64,000 nt of DNA from Eledone cirrhosa (taxonomy: Eukaryota): positions 2,356,001 through 2,420,000 of the forward strand of contig OZ024748.1 in NCBI GenBank assembly GCA_964016885.1, given 5' to 3'. Both the position numbers and the translations under genes were made by a program. Below the pieces are notes generated by a model. That model saw nothing but the letters and a program-made list of their open reading frames with translations, had not been told where the DNA came from and did not search any database. This document shows, piece by piece, positions 1-47,378 of the stretch; within the stretch, counting starts at the first letter, position 1, and every line of letters begins with the position of its first letter.

Positions 1-43
1 CTCTGATGAGTCCTGCCCCATGGTATGGATGAAACATTGTCAG
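1..43 (+). ncRNA. Minimal type I hammerhead ribozyme motif (stem I cut by the window edge)
   Basis: CU-CUGAUGA-GUCC..GGAU-GAAA-C-AUU-G-UC-AG, followed by AATAAA and (TA)n. Confidence 0.7.
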
Positions 44-744
44 CGAATAAAGATTGATTGATGATATAAGCTCTCTTTGTTTTCTTTTCCTATATATATA
101 CATTAGTACAGATTCTTCTCGTCGTGTTCACAAGAGTGTCAGTTACAAAGCTTGGCTAGTCATGGTTCCGCCACAGCTGAACACATTGCTATCACATTAA
201 ACTCTGCCAAGTCCAATGTTGTGCAGTGGTGTTCCAGCAGGGGGCATATCAGGAGGTGCTGAGTAGTCTATGGTTCGATGCTGCATTCACACAATACCCC
301 CATCCTTTAAATATCCCCATTTTGCAAGATTGATTGTTCTATGGGTTTATATATATATATACTTATATGTATACAACCCTTACCGAGTCCTCTCCGGATT
401 TTGGTCTTTGTATTTATTATTACCACACACACACATATATGTGTGTGTGTGTGTGTATTGTATTATTGAAATCACTTCTACAGGACTCGAACTGTTTCAT
501 TCGTAAGGAATCAACACTATGATTTCTTACGAATGAAACGGTTCTACTCATGTAGGGGTCAATTCTATGAATGAATGTACTTATACTCTACTAATGTATT
601 GAGTACCTTTTTTTTAAAGTGGTCGCCTCCTGATTTATAGTGATCCTGACCCCCCAAAAATTGTATACACTCTTATCAGAATGCTGTTGAAGTGTGTATA
701 CATTTTTGGGGACACCCTATATATATGTGTGTGTGTGTGTAGTT

Positions 745-1035
745 CTTGGTGGTATATTGTCCCTCATTCGTAGGATATTCAGTTGCATTTTTCTGTCCAT
801 GATGACAAGACAGACATATGGCAATGACTCTCACATTCTCGTTTATGATCTTGTTTTGCCATGTAATGTCCGGGAGTTTTCGGAGGCATCTTTTTTGTAA
901 AGTATCAATCTGCTTTTGTGGCGGGATTCTTCCAAATGTCAGCAAAATAGGTTGTTGTTGAGATAACAATTGACCAGAATAATCTCAATTTTGTTTGCGA
1001 TGTGAGCTTCTCTGATTACCATATTGACTGGAGTT
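745..1035 (-). mobile_element. Decayed RTE-type LINE fragment
   Basis: IDTLQKRCLRKL..ITWQNKI.NENVR motif. Confidence 0.6.
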
Positions 1036-1627
1036 GTGTGTGTATGTATATATATATGATGATGATAGCTGCAACTCAATTTCGAGTAATGCCATCGCTT
1101 CATACTTAAGCAAGAGCATCACGGACGTGGCTTCCTGGTCCTGCTAGGGACTTGCCTATGGCCAGCAATACCATGCATCGCAAAAATGTCACATAACACG
1201 CGATGTCTGTGGTTGAAGCTTTTTTAGGTGGGGAAAGGCTTTGCACGGAGCCAATCCCACTCTCTGAACATCGAATGCATTTATCCAAAAAGAAGAACTG
1301 GTCTCCATCATTGGATACAAACGAAGTTGCTGGATTTATATCAGAGTGACTTTCTCCTAGAGAGATGTCTTAATGAAGACTAGGAGTCTCTCGCTCCACA
1401 AAAGGGAGGGGGACTTTACGTGCGGTCTACCTGGTCATTTCTAGTTACTGTGCAGTCTATCTCATCTACAAAAGCTCAACCTAACCCAATAGAGAGGTTA
1501 AGTCATAAAGGGGGAGTTTTGGTTCGCTAATTGTAAGGATAATCGCAACTAATCGACGTTTTTTTCATCTCACTATATTACATATACTGTTTACACTTCA
1601 TTCTTTTTTTCAAGTGGAGGCTTCTAA

Positions 1628-1695
1628 TGTAAACAAGAAAACTAGTTATATCTGCATTAGATTTACCTTAAATCTAATATATGCTGTTTAGCAAC
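1628..1695 (+). promoter_or_regulatory. Candidate MDH1B promoter elements: forkhead site (TGTAAACA, 1628) and RFX X-box-like site (GCTGTTTAGCAAC, 1683-1695)
   Basis: Motif matches in unique sequence upstream of the gene. MDH1B is associated with motile-ciliated cells in vertebrates. Confidence 0.35.
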
Positions 1696-3051
1696 AATGT
1701 GGTTCTTCACCAAGTAAACTTATCGACAAGATCCTGTTCGTTGGTAAACAAAGAAGATTCGGGGGGGGGGGGGGTAAAATAGGTAGGGTATTAGGATATT
1801 AGGACAAAATATATACAATAGACCGAATAAAAAATATAAAAATATAAGAATATCTAAAAAATAGGCAAAACGTAAAGCAAGCGAAGGAACGAAAATAGGA
1901 AACCAGACAAAAACAGAACGACATGAATAACATAGGCAAAGGCAGATTAAGCAAGCGAAGTAAAGATCAAAAGTAGGAGAAGCAACTGTAAACTCAACCA
2001 GCAACCCGCTTTAAATTACTGGTATGGGGATACATGTAATTTGGGGAAAACTTGGTTCGTATTTCCAGCATGATGATCAGCTTTGTAGTGGCCTTTTTAA
2101 TTACGATATTTCTAATAAAAAACACTGTCTATGACATTCAAATAATTTTGAAAATAATCACGTTTGAGGGGATTTAGTAATATAACTAACTTTTTAAGGT
2201 ATGTACAATAGGCCAAATTTAGAAAAAAAATTAAAGTAAGCAAAAACAACAGTTAAAAAACTAAATAGAATGAATAAGTAAAAACCTTGCCTGCTCAACA
2301 GATAGTAAAGTAAAGGATAAATGTAAATACTACGAGGCATTTAATCCAGGGGTCTATTTACTCCAGTGTCTGCTATTTTCTTAATCCTTCTGTCCTTGTT
2401 AAAGTTACATGTGCGTGTTGTGGCGATAGTTATGCTACCGATAAAACGTGGAGGTTCAGTTGTATAACGTCAAGTCTGTTTACTGAAAGACACTAAGTCG
2501 AGGTGAATACCACAACTTCCTGCAGAGAAAAAAGATCACCCCTCCACTAAAAAAATAAATAAATAAAAATAAATAAACACTTGTGTGTGTATATACACTT
2601 GGAATCCTCTCACTTTCTTGGTATTAATTATTGTTTTGTTTGTTCTGTATATTTCCTGAAGATTTGCGGTTGAGATACAGCACCCAAAATGGAGTGATTA
2701 CGTTACCACCTAATATTAGTGCCGATATTCGGAATCAATCATTCCGTCTTTCATTCATTTTTTTTTCTGGGGAAGAAAATCACCAAGTTGAACTTAATTA
2801 TAAAATGAGCCCGTAACCTATCAGAATTAATACCTGCTCAAAACTCCAGTCAGTGAAAGTTCAGGACTGATAGGAAGAATTCTGAGAGTTATTTCCCTTG
2901 CTGGAAAAGGTATGGGAATTATTTCCCTTGCCAGATTAAATGCGTTAACTCATTTTGTATAGTAACATTTTGATTTTCGTCTCTCTGGTATCGATAAAAT
3001 AAAAACCAGTTATATATAGCGAATTTACTCAGCTCAAATATTTCTCTCATA

Positions 3052-3145
3052 TACAGGGTACCCCAAAATTGTATACAAATTTCAACTGAATTCTAATAAA
3101 TATTGCCAATCAAAGTGTGTATACATTTTTGGGGAACACCCTGTA
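3052..3145. mobile_element. Tiny Tc1-type MITE (related copies at about 648-720 and 8851-8932)
   Basis: TA-CAGGGT...ACCCTG-TA terminal inverted repeats. Confidence 0.65.
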
Positions 3146-3507
3146 TATGTTGATCAATGTAGGTTTTCACTGTAGGAAATCCTGTTTAAGAAACATGAAA
3201 CGTCGCTGGAAGGTTTAAAATAGTAGAGACCCAAGTTAGATGTGTTGTATTGAGTTACAACCTTTATCCTCTAGGCTCAAATCCTATCAATGTCAATTTT
3301 GCCTTTCATCCTTTCTGGGTCAATATGATAAAGTATCAGTTAAGTATTAGGTCATCATCATCATTTAACGTCCACTTGCCATATGATCGACATGTGGTTC
3401 TCTGACCTGTTTAGTCTCAGATCGTGACAACCTGTCCAACCCATGCCAGCAGGGAAAGTCAACATAAAATTATTATGATGGTGATGCTTCCTCTATAATG
3501 ATTCATT

Positions 3508-3685
3508 TCTATAACTCTGTATGTTTACCTTTAAAGGATCACAGGTCTGCCCCCTATTATGACTATAACTCTATATGTTTATCTTTAAAGGATCACTAGA
3601 CTGCTTCTATTATTTCTATAGCTCTATATGTTTATCTCTAAAGGGTCACTATACTGCTATTATTTCTATATGTTTATCTTTAAAG

Positions 3686-3710
<25 letters not shown>
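3508..3710 (+). repeat. Four degenerate tandem copies (42-54 bp) of the MDH1B splice-acceptor region
   Basis: TATGTTTATCTTTAAAG|GG..CA.TAGACTGC repeated; AG dinucleotides end at 3536, 3590, 3643 and 3685. Confidence 0.85.
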
Positions 3711-9201
<5,491 letters not shown>

Positions 9202-9217
9202 TTATTTTATAACCTTA

Positions 9218-9223
9218 AATAAA
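9218..9223 (+). terminator. Polyadenylation signal of MDH1B
   Basis: AATAAA 17 nt after the stop codon, with a U-rich region downstream. Confidence 0.55.
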
Positions 9224-10031
9224 AATACTGGATTAATGAGAGAGAAAAACAAAATATATTTCTAGTTTTTATATTTCAAGTTCATGTTTTGGGGTTATTT
9301 TTTTATGATTGGCAAATTCTTTTGTTGATCTGGGACAAATTCCAAGAGTCGCTAAAGGGTCAGATTTAATAACGGTTTCTTATATAGACACAAGGCCAGC
9401 AATTTTGGGGAGAGGGGGAAAGTCGATTATATCGACCCCAGAGCATTACTGGTGCTTTCTTTTATCGACCCCGTAAAGATGAAAGGAAAAGTTAACCTCG
9501 GTGGGATTAGAACTCAGACCATAAAGGACTGTAACTCTATGCAGCAAAGCATGGTGTCAGACTCTACTGATACTGCCAATCCACCGCCCTGGTCAGATTT
9601 AATAATAATACAAAAAAAATAATAATGAAAATTACTGTGTACAGTGCTCAGGTGCACTACAACTTATCAAAGGTGCATGTATAGTACATAAAATAATTGT
9701 TTCTACTTTTGGCACATTAATTACCCCAGTGCATTACTGGTACTTTATTTTATCGACCCCGTAAAGATGAAAAGCAAAGTTAACCTCAGCGGGATTTGAA
9801 CTCAGACAGTAAAGGACCGTAACTCTATGCAGCAAAGCATGTCATCCGACCCTCTACTGATACTTCCAATCCACCAATGCATAAGTGAACAGTGTATGAG
9901 TCATGATATACACACAGACGCACATGTCACAACGCATATCGTCCGACATTCCAACTATAATGCCAATACACTGCGCTTATAAACAAAATAATAACAATAA
10001 TAATAAAAATGTTCTAAAAATTCAAGTAATC

Positions 10032-10037
10032 TTTATT
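10032..10037 (-). terminator. Candidate distal polyadenylation signal of UGP2
   Basis: AATAAA on the minus strand, preceded by several TGTA motifs in unique AU-rich sequence (10040-10540). Confidence 0.35.
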
Positions 10038-11401
10038 CTCCAAATCCATTGTAAACCCGAATAATTGCATTTTCCCTCAAATCTGTTGTACAATTTAATG
10101 AAGAATTTGTTTTATATTACAATGTAAATATACAGAATAAAAATAACAGCAAAGCTTTCTTGTAAAAAAATAGGTAAATATATCCATTTCATTAAAAATA
10201 TATATATATATATATTTAAGAATCAACAAAACAATAATTTTACTCTATAGTAAAGGCGCGATAGTAAAATATTTCTGGCATATGGAGGCCTAAGACACCC
10301 AGAACTTTCCCATGTCTCCCTTTCTTTTATAATTTTTAGAATTATATCAGGAAAACAATATATGTAAATTAGGCTCAAAATGAGTTACTTAAAGATAACA
10401 ATATAAATTTCAGTGAAAATGTGCCATTAATGTGGGGAAAAAAAAATCAATAAAATATAGACACACTCTTTTCTGGTTGTAAGTAGATACATGTATATTT
10501 GTAGATAAGTCAGCTTTTTACTAAAGAACATGGGTGTGTGACTTAACTATTGTACCTCAATCTAGGCTTGAAATGCACAGCACACACTAACACACACACT
10601 CTTACACATGTGTAAAGCAGGTTGGTCATGTCCCTAGTCAGTGTTGTAAAGAAATATATGTTAATAATTACAGTCCACCCTGTAAGGTGGTAGTGGTGGT
10701 GCCATGACAAAAGCATCCAGTCCACCCTGTAAGGTGGTTGGCATTAGAGAATGCGACAAGTGATCACATGGGCAAGATGTGGTCACCTAACCTCTGTGGC
10801 CTAACTCATGAAAACATAGAAAACAGACGTTAAATGGTGATGGTGACGGTGATGATGATGATGATGGTGACGGTGATGATGATGTTAGATGCAAAAATAA
10901 AAATAATTGATTAAGCCAAGTTAGATTTTCCAACAAAACAAATGTGCTTGAGATAATATAGAGTCTTATACATTTATATATTTCACCTGTATATCAGATT
11001 ATACTCGTGAAAGACATGGTGCCCTATGACTTTGTGAGTAGTTAATAGTTGGTTGCTTGAGGGAGAAAGTGTTTAAACGAGTTGATGCCAAAATAGGCAA
11101 AGAATAAGACTTTGTTAACTAAGTTCACTAAGAAAAATAATTTGAAGTTTTCTTCTCACTTCAGTTGGATGTTAACCCTTTCATTAACATATTTCTAATG
11201 AAAGACATTTCCTATAATTTAAAATATAATCAAGAACTTGTTATTGTTACAGCCCAAATCTCTGTAGATTTAGCTGGCTTCCTACGATGTTCCATCTGAT
11301 AGGAAAGTGTTTTAACAATAGGGGATCCAATCCTATCATAAAAAGACTCCCCATGTCTCTGAAGCCAATACTAGTCCATTGTAAGGATTAAACCCTGCCC
11401 A

Positions 11402-11845
11402 GCTTAGTGGTTAGGGTGTTGGAATCAAGGTCATATGGTTGGGAAAGGAGTTGATTCCTGAACTGGGCAGTGAAATGTGTTCTTAAGACATTTCATTTCT
11501 CATTACTCCAGTCCACTGTGTCCTTGAGCAAGTCACTTTATTTCACATTACTGCAGTCCACTGTGTCCTTGAGCAAGACACTTTATTTCACATTACTCCA
11601 GTCCACTGTGTCCTTCAGCAAGACACTTTATTTCACATTACTCCAGTCCGCTGTGTCCTTCAGCAAGACACTTTATTTCACATTACTTCAGTTCACTGTG
11701 TCCTTCAGCAAGACACTTTATTTCACATTACTCCAGTCCGCTGTGTCCTTCAGCAAGACACTTTATTTCACATTACTCCAGTCCAGTGTCCATTGTGTCC
11801 TTGAGCAAGACACTTTATTTCACATTACTGCAGTTCACTCAGCTG
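11402..11845 (+). repeat. SINE whose core has expanded into a 45-bp tandem array (about 7 copies)
   Basis: Unit CTGTGTCCTTGAGCAAGACACTTTATTTCACATTACTCCAGTCCA following a tRNA-like head. Confidence 0.85.
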
Positions 11846-14020
11846 AATTAAGAATTTGGATGGATTTAGTAATATAATGAATACTCTCATTACTGAGCTG
11901 ATGGTCGGGAACATAAGTTAAAGGTTGTTACAAAAAATTATGATGGGAGGGGTTTTAGCTTTGAATCATAGAACTAAGAATGGTTTCAAGTGATTTGATA
12001 TAAAAATGGTTAAACAACAATGAGAACCCCAACCATTATTGAAAAACATCAATTCTAAGAGCTACGGTATATAGAAGGGATGCCAAACAAGAATGGCCAA
12101 ATATAAGAATGTCCAACAGAAGGGAAGCAGCTAAAATAAAAAAGCTTTTGTGACTCCATCAAGAAAAATATATTCTTATATAAGATCTAACAAGATAAAT
12201 GATAATGAAGAAAGCTGAAGACTATAGGAAACTGAAGACTATAGGAAGCTGAAGACTATAGAAAGCTGAAGACTATAGAAAGCTGAAGACAGGAAAAAGA
12301 CCTGACATTTTCTTTGGCAAGTTTTCAACAGCTAGATGTCTTTCCTAGCCCCAACCACTTTATCGAGTCTACTGGGTGCATTTATCATGTCAATCACCAA
12401 CACTTGACATAATTGAAGTGTTCTCTTGACCAATATATGCAAATACACACACACACACACACACATATATTTATATATTCACGCAAACACACTCTCATTC
12501 AAATATAGGAATTTACACACATGCATACAAATATGTATGCACACATACACATAGATACATGTGTATATATGTATGTATAATAGGTTATACATACATATCA
12601 CAATGACCACCACCACCATCACTTCCACACCACCGCTGTACCAAAACCATCAACACCACCACCATTAATTGGTGAAGATTCAACTCAGAGCACAGACAAA
12701 ACAAATGCCATAAAGTATATCTGATATTCTAATAATACCATAAAGTATATCTGCTAATTCACCATCTTTTTAGATAAATGCATACATGGCATACACAGTC
12801 CCATAACTCCTAAGGGGCACCGTATTGATATATGTTTCTTAGGGCATTTTAAAACCTAGCAGAACCCATCTCCTTCCATGTCTGAATACAGCAGATTTTT
12901 TCCAGAGAAGGCTAGAGAGTGAGAAAGATATATAGAGGAAAAATCAACCCCAGTATTTGACTGGTACTTTTTTTTATCGACTTTGAATGGATGAAAGGTA
13001 AAGCTGACCTCAACAGGGTTTGAACTCAGGGAGCAGAGAACTGAAATAAATACCTCACAGCATTCTATTTGATGTTCTAATGACTCTGTTTATCTAAAAG
13101 ATGGTGAACTGGCAAAAGTTTTTACATAAAATTATGATGGGAGGTGTTGAGATAAATGTATGTATGGACCTGTAACTGATGGTGGTGTCATAGAGGTGGG
13201 GTAGTAACATATGTCTTGGACACTTTAACCTTTAGCATGCTGAATTATTTTAAGAATTCCTTCCCTTGACACTGTATTATTTATTAAGGAGAGATTACCC
13301 TCTTGTCACAATTTGTCACCAACAGTGGGCTGAAGGTTAAATAATCGAGACTTAGTATCATAAAACCAGGTGTGATTTCAGGCCGCTTGATATCAACAAA
13401 GCTAAGCGTTTTCCATGGTTAATCAACCATATGTGTCTATTAAAACAAAGCTATCTAGTAGGCAGTTCAATGTGAACTTTAAGTATATCTGTGGCACCCA
13501 AATATATATTACAATTTTTTTTTTTTTTTTTTTCAAATAAATAAATTTTTAAAAAACATTAAATTGGTCAAAATTTCAAACTGACCAAAAAGTTCAGCCC
13601 CAAATTACAATATATAGAAATCCAGTCAGATTAGTTTCTATTACTAGCCCGAATGTTTCTCATGTTTGTATGTACTAACACACACACACACACTAACAGT
13701 TTGACTGAACTTCAGACTACCAGCAGTTCCAAGACACAAGCATGTCTAATTCATCAGTCCATTATAAAAAATGTATATATTCATATATATATATATATAC
13801 ACACAAACATATATATACACACATACATATACAGATATACATAAAAACATACATATACACATATATGCATATATATATACACACATACATATACACATAT
13901 ATGCACACACACACACATATATATATATAACCGGTGTTGTAGTTTGCTTGAAGCATTGTGTTAGTAGATAAAGTAGTATATTATTGTGTGGACTGACATG
14001 TATAAAATGTTGTGTGTGTA

Positions 14021-14064
<44 letters not shown>

Positions 14065-14072
14065 CACACACA

Positions 14073-14109
<37 letters not shown>

Positions 14110-14447
14110 TTGTCAGTCAAACACACAACTCAATTTAGAATAACTAACATATCCCAATGATTACGACTTGACACACAGCATTTATATCAAAAACATTTGA
14201 CATAAAAACAAACAAAAGCACACAATATTTGACACACACACACATACACTCATAGACATATACACACACACACACATACACTCATAGACATATACACACA
14301 CATACACAGACATATGTCAGTCCACAGACAACGTCAACCTGCAATTACTTCTGGCAGTTATAGACCACCACTTGCAAACAAAAGAAGTAAGTGCTGTAAT
14401 GTGCCTATAACAACAAAAGCACAAAGCTCTGAGCCAGTGTCTTACAA

Positions 14448-14487
14448 TCTTCTGATGAAGGGATTTTAGTCCCGAAATATTAAAAGA
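14448..14487 (+). ncRNA. Degenerate minimal hammerhead motif
   Basis: UCUU-CUGAUGA-A-GGGA..UCCC-GAAA-UA-UU-AAAAGA; GAAACGUU appears to have decayed at CpG. Confidence 0.55.
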
Positions 14488-14577
14488 GTTAATACACCGA
14501 CATCTTTGTTGCCTTCAATTTTTTCCAAAATTTTTCGTATTTTTGGCATTGACATAGCCTTCAAATAAAATACAACT

Positions 14578-15833
<1,256 letters not shown>

Positions 15834-15841
15834 ACTTGGTG

Positions 15842-42498
<26,657 letters not shown>

Positions 42499-42597
42499 CT
42501 AGAGAAACGAGAAAGTAAAAACAACAAAAGTTAGGACATAATAACACATAAAATATATACAGCAGGAGTAAGACAATATACTGTAACAGCATTTATT

Positions 42598-43318
42598 GTG
42601 TGTGTGTGTATATATATGTATATACACACACACAAATATATATGTATATATACATATGTATATATATATGTATATATACATATGTATATATATATGTATA
42701 CACACACACAATATATATGTATATATACATATACGTATATAGATATATATATGTATATATACATACATATATATTTATATATATACATACATATTCATAT
42801 ATATACATATTCACATATATACATATATATATTCATATATATTCATATATATTCATATATATTCATATACATATATATATATTCATATACATATATATAT
42901 TCATATACATATTCATATATATATATACATATATATATTCGTATATATACATATATATATTCGTATATATATATATATTCATATATATATATACATATAT
43001 ATATATTCGTATATATACATATATATATTCGTATATATATATATATTCATATATATACATATATATATTCATATATATACATATATATATTCATATATAT
43101 ACATATATATATTCATATATATACATATATATATTCATATATATATTCATATATATATTCATATATATACATATATATATTCATATATATATTCATATAT
43201 ATACATATATATATATATTCATATATATATATATTCATATATATACATATATATATATTCATATATATACATATATATATATTCATATATATACATATAT
43301 ATATATATACATATATAT
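42598..43318. repeat. (ATATATTC/ATAC)n compound microsatellite, continuing between RTE copies to about 47800
   Basis: Direct observation. Confidence 0.9.
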
Positions 43319-43321
43319 GAA

Positions 43322-44472
43322 GTAGGTAGGCAGAAACTCCATTTTATGTCCCAAATGCAAAGTATGGGTGTATAAAAGATGTAGTGGGATCACAGGTAAG
43401 CTAACTAAGAATATAGATTTTATATGTGGCCGGTGCTCTGGTGCGATAAGTAGCAGCAAGTGCCCACAGAATACTAGCTCTTTCAACTGTGCAGAGGGTT
43501 CTATAGAAATAGTGGACACCTTCCGTTACCTGGGTGACAAAATCAGCAGTGAGGGAGGGTGCTTTGAAAGTACAGTAGCTAGAGTCAGAACTGGATGGAA
43601 AAAGTTCAGAGAGCTTATACCACTATTAGCCGCTAAAGGGTTCTCTCTAAAAATGAAAGCAGGTTGTATGATGCCTGCATATGAACAGCAATGTTACATG
43701 GCAGTGAGACCTGGGCATTGTGTGCAGAGGATATATGCAGACTGGAGAGGAACGAAGCTTGCATGCTCCGTTGGATGTGTAATAGTGATATACGTGAACA
43801 GCAAAGCATAAATGAACTAAGGGAGAAATTAGGAATAAGAGGGATCAGATGCTGTTTACTCGAGAGAAGACTACGTTGGTTCGGTCACGTGATGTGCATG
43901 AAAGACGACAGCTGTATAAAAAAGTGCAGGGCAATAAAAATAGACGGTAGCCATGGAGTAGGCAGACCCAGAAAAACCTGGGACGACTTGATAAATTCTG
44001 ACCTCACACACTTACACCTCTCCAAGACAATGTCACTGGACCGAGATCTTTTTGGCGCTACACAGTAATACAGAAGACCCGCCTTACCTAAGTACAAAGT
44101 GAAACCTACAGTCAGTAGGCACCTCTAACAAAAATACACCCTGTCCCACTACCCCCACCCCATCCACACCACCCCTTTCAATGTAAAGTTATGTTGGTAC
44201 CACAACATCCAGTTCGAAACAAATGAGGTCGTGTAGGTGCCACGACAAAAAAACACAGTCCACGCTGTAATGTGGCTGTGTAGGTAACACGGTAAAAACC
44301 TCCCAGTCCACACTGTAAATGTGGTTGGTGTTAGGAAGGGCATCCAGCCGTAGAAAACCCGCCAGACAGTCCTATGCGAGCAAGACAACCACTCTTGCCT
44401 CAAGTGGGAAAACTCCCATTCAAACCCATGCAAGCGTGGAAGATGGACGTTAAACAATGATGATGATGATGA
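43322..44472 (+). mobile_element. RTE LINE 3' fragment (frameshifted) with 3' UTR and (GAT)n
   Basis: ORFs 43368 and 43691 align with the C-terminus of the ORF at 45002. Confidence 0.9.
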
Positions 44473-44659
44473 TATATATTCATATATATACATATATATA
44501 TATTCATATATATACATATATATATATTCATATATATACATATATATTCATTCATATATATACATATATATTCATTCATATATATACATATATATTCATT
44601 CATATATATACATATATATTCTCATTTTATCCATATATATATATATACATATATATTCA

Positions 44660-47378
44660 GATTTTATCCTCATCAGAGGACGTGACAGATGGACGGTCGT
44701 AAACACAAAAGCCTTCCCTAGTGAGGAATGTACATCCCAACATAGCTTAGTTGTCAGCGACCTCACGGTCAGAACTAGACGAGCCCTGAAACAGAGGCCA
44801 ACCTGGAGAAGAAAGATCTGGAAGCTGAAAGTCCCCTCAACCAGTAACAGATTTAAAGATATTTTACTCAACGCCTACGACAGTAAAGAAGAACAGATAG
44901 AGACATTTAACGTAGAAGAGAACTGGGAGTTCCTAAAAAATAACTTACTAGAGGCGACGGATGAGGTTTGTGGCTGGAGTAAGACCTCAAGCAGGAGGAG
45001 AGTGACTTGGTGGTGGAACAATAAGGTAGATGAAGCAGTCAAGGCCAAGAGACAGGCATGGAAAGAATGGAAGAACGGGGGGAGCAGGGTACATTACATA
45101 GAGACCAAGAGGGAAGCTAGGCGACAAGTATACTTAGCTAGGAGGGAAGCAGAGGATAGAAAATTCAAGCATGTTTTACAACGTGAGGACCAGAAACAGG
45201 AGGTATTCAAGATTGCGAGGCAGTGTGTCAGAGATAGTTGTGATGTCATTGGAGAGAAGTGTATCCGGAATGATAAAGGTGAGCTTGCCCTCACAAGTGC
45301 TGAGAAGAAAGATGCATGGAAGAGTCATTATGATAGATTACTAAATGAGGAGAATGCATGGGAAGAAGAGACCCTACCCCACGTAGACCCTATAGAGGGA
45401 CCAGCAGTACAAGTCAGCGGCAGCGTAGTAAGTAAGGCAATCAGAGATATGAAGATAGGGAAGGCAACCGGTCCATCGGGTATAGCTGCCGAGATGCTGA
45501 AGGCATCTGGGTCTGTAGGTCACACTATAACCACACGTATCGTTAACCAGGTAATACTAGAGGGGGCCATACCAAAAGATTGGTGCAGTAGCATCATTGT
45601 CAACTGCTACAAAGGTAAAGGCGATGCACTAGATAGAGGAAACTATAGAGGTATAAAGTTGATGGACCAGGTCATGAAAGTAACAGAAAGAGTTATAGCA
45701 CAGCTGATTAGGGACCGGGTGAATATAGACGAGATGCAATTTGGGTTTGTTCCAGGGAAAGGCACCACTGATGCGCTCTTCCTTGTGAGGCAATTACAGG
45801 AAAAGTACCTAGCTAAAAGTAAGCCACTCTACTTGGCATTTGTCGACCTTGAGAAAGCCTTTGACAGAGTTCCACGTGCAGTAATCTGGTGGGCTCTTAG
45901 AAAACTAGGAGTAGATGAATGGCTTGTGAAAGCGGTACAAGCCATGTATAGGGGAGCAGTCAGCAAAGTTAGGATTGGCAATGAGTATAGCGAGGAATTT
46001 AGCGTACAGGTTGGGGTCCACCAGGGCTCTGTTCTTAGCCCTCTCCTGTTCATCATAGTCCTGCAGGCAATAACGGAGGAGTTTAAGACCGGATGCCCAT
46101 GGGAACTCCTGTATGCTGATGACCTCGCACTCATAGCTGAATCTATGGTAGAACTAGAGAATAAATTCCAAACCTGGAAGCAGGGACTAGAGAGAAAGGG
46201 CCTCAAAGTCAACATGACAAAGACTAAGGTCCTTATAAGTAGACGAGAAAACAGAACCCAGATCCCCTCAGGGAAATGGCCTTGCTCAGTATGTAGGAAA
46301 GGTGTAGGTAGGAACTCCATTCTTTGCCCCAAATGCAAACAATGGGTACACAAGAGATGTAGCGGGATCTCAGGAAGCTTAATTAAGAATGTAGGATTCA
46401 CATGCAGCAGCTGTGCTGAAACAGCAAGCAAACAGCCACAGGAAACAAGTACCACCAATCTCTGGGAGGGCCCTGTAGAAACAGTAGACAGCTTCTGCTA
46501 CCTAGGTGACCGAATTAGCAACGGAGGTGGGTGCTCAGAAAGTACAATAACTAGGGTAAGAACGGGATGGAAGAAGTTTAGGGAACTACTATCACTGCTA
46601 GCTGCAAAAGGCTTCTCCCTCAGAATGAAAGGCAGACTGTATGATGCGTGTATCCGAACAGCGATGTTGCATGGTAGTGAGACCTGGGCGCTGAAGGTGG
46701 AAGACTTACGTAGATTAGAGAGAAACGAAGCCTGCATGCTCCGATGGATGTGTAACAGTAATATACGTGAACGACAAAGCATAAATGAATTGAGAGAGAG
46801 ACTGAGCATAAGAGGAATCAAATGCTGCGTGCAGGAGAGGCGGTTACGCTGGTATGGACATGTGATGCGTATGAAGGATGACAGCTGCATAAAAAGGTGC
46901 AGAGCACTAGAAGTTGATGGAAACCGCGGAGTGGGGAGACCCAAGATGACTTGGGATGAGGTGATAAAAGCCGACCTTACCCAACTACACCTCTCAAAGT
47001 CAATGACACACGACCGTGACTTCTGGCGTCACGCAGTAGTACAGGGTACCCGACCTCCCATGGGTACATGCTGAAGCATATAAACAATATGCCCCCCCCC
47101 CCCCACCGCAAGGTGGTCGTGGAGGTGCCACGGCAAAAAAAAGCACCCAGCCCACACTGTAAAGTGGACGTGTAGGCGCCACGAAAAAGCACCCAGCACT
47201 CACTGTAAATGAGGTTGGTGTTAGGAAGGGCATCCAGCTGTAGAAATCAAGCCAGATCAGTTCCTGTATGAGCAAGGCATGGTCAGCCGACCAGACACTG
47301 CCCACAACAGGACAACCCGTCTAACCCATGCTAGCGTGGAAGAACGGACGTAAAACGGTGATGATGATGATGATGATG
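44660..47378 (+). mobile_element. RTE-clade LINE, 5'-truncated in the endonuclease domain; ORF open 44660-47074; 3' UTR with (GAT)n tail
   Basis: DFIL...SQH.LV (end of APE), [40 protein letters not shown] and GRPK.TW. Confidence 0.95.
45002..47074 (+). CDS. RTE reverse transcriptase with inserted PHD-like zinc finger
   Basis: 690-aa ORF containing CSVC...[12 protein letters not shown]...CSSC after the RT core. Confidence 0.88.
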   Translation: MTWWWNNKVDEAVKAKRQAWKEWKNGGSRVHYIETKREARRQVYLARREAEDRKFKHVLQREDQKQEVFKIARQCVRDSCDVIGEKCIRNDKGELALTSAEKKDAWKSHYDRLLNEENAWEEETLPHVDPIEGPAVQVSGSVVSKAIRDMKIGKATGPSGIAAEMLKASGSVGHTITTRIVNQVILEGAIPKDWCSSIIVNCYKGKGDALDRGNYRGIKLMDQVMKVTERVIAQLIRDRVNIDEMQFGFVPGKGTTDALFLVRQLQEKYLAKSKPLYLAFVDLEKAFDRVPRAVIWWALRKLGVDEWLVKAVQAMYRGAVSKVRIGNEYSEEFSVQVGVHQGSVLSPLLFIIVLQAITEEFKTGCPWELLYADDLALIAESMVELENKFQTWKQGLERKGLKVNMTKTKVLISRRENRTQIPSGKWPCSVCRKGVGRNSILCPKCKQWVHKRCSGISGSLIKNVGFTCSSCAETASKQPQETSTTNLWEGPVETVDSFCYLGDRISNGGGCSESTITRVRTGWKKFRELLSLLAAKGFSLRMKGRLYDACIRTAMLHGSETWALKVEDLRRLERNEACMLRWMCNSNIRERQSINELRERLSIRGIKCCVQERRLRWYGHVMRMKDDSCIKRCRALEVDGNRGVGRPKMTWDEVIKADLTQLHLSKSMTHDRDFWRHAVVQGTRPPMGTC

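Noticed and set aside
2069-2198. Possible MDH1B first coding exon (MMISFVVA, similar to MAKFVIA)
   Set aside because: There is no donor after the expected codon, and the frame stops before the strong donor at 2198. It may be a non-coding exon, but this cannot be supported.
12210-12292. CUGAAGA-CUAUAG-GAAA tandem units resembling hammerhead cores
   Set aside because: A 16-17-bp minisatellite with no stem I, stem III or cleavage triplet.
45829-46944. Antisense ORFs of 148-209 aa
   Set aside because: Shadows of the RTE reverse transcriptase ORF; likewise the + strand ORFs over the CR1 ORF2.
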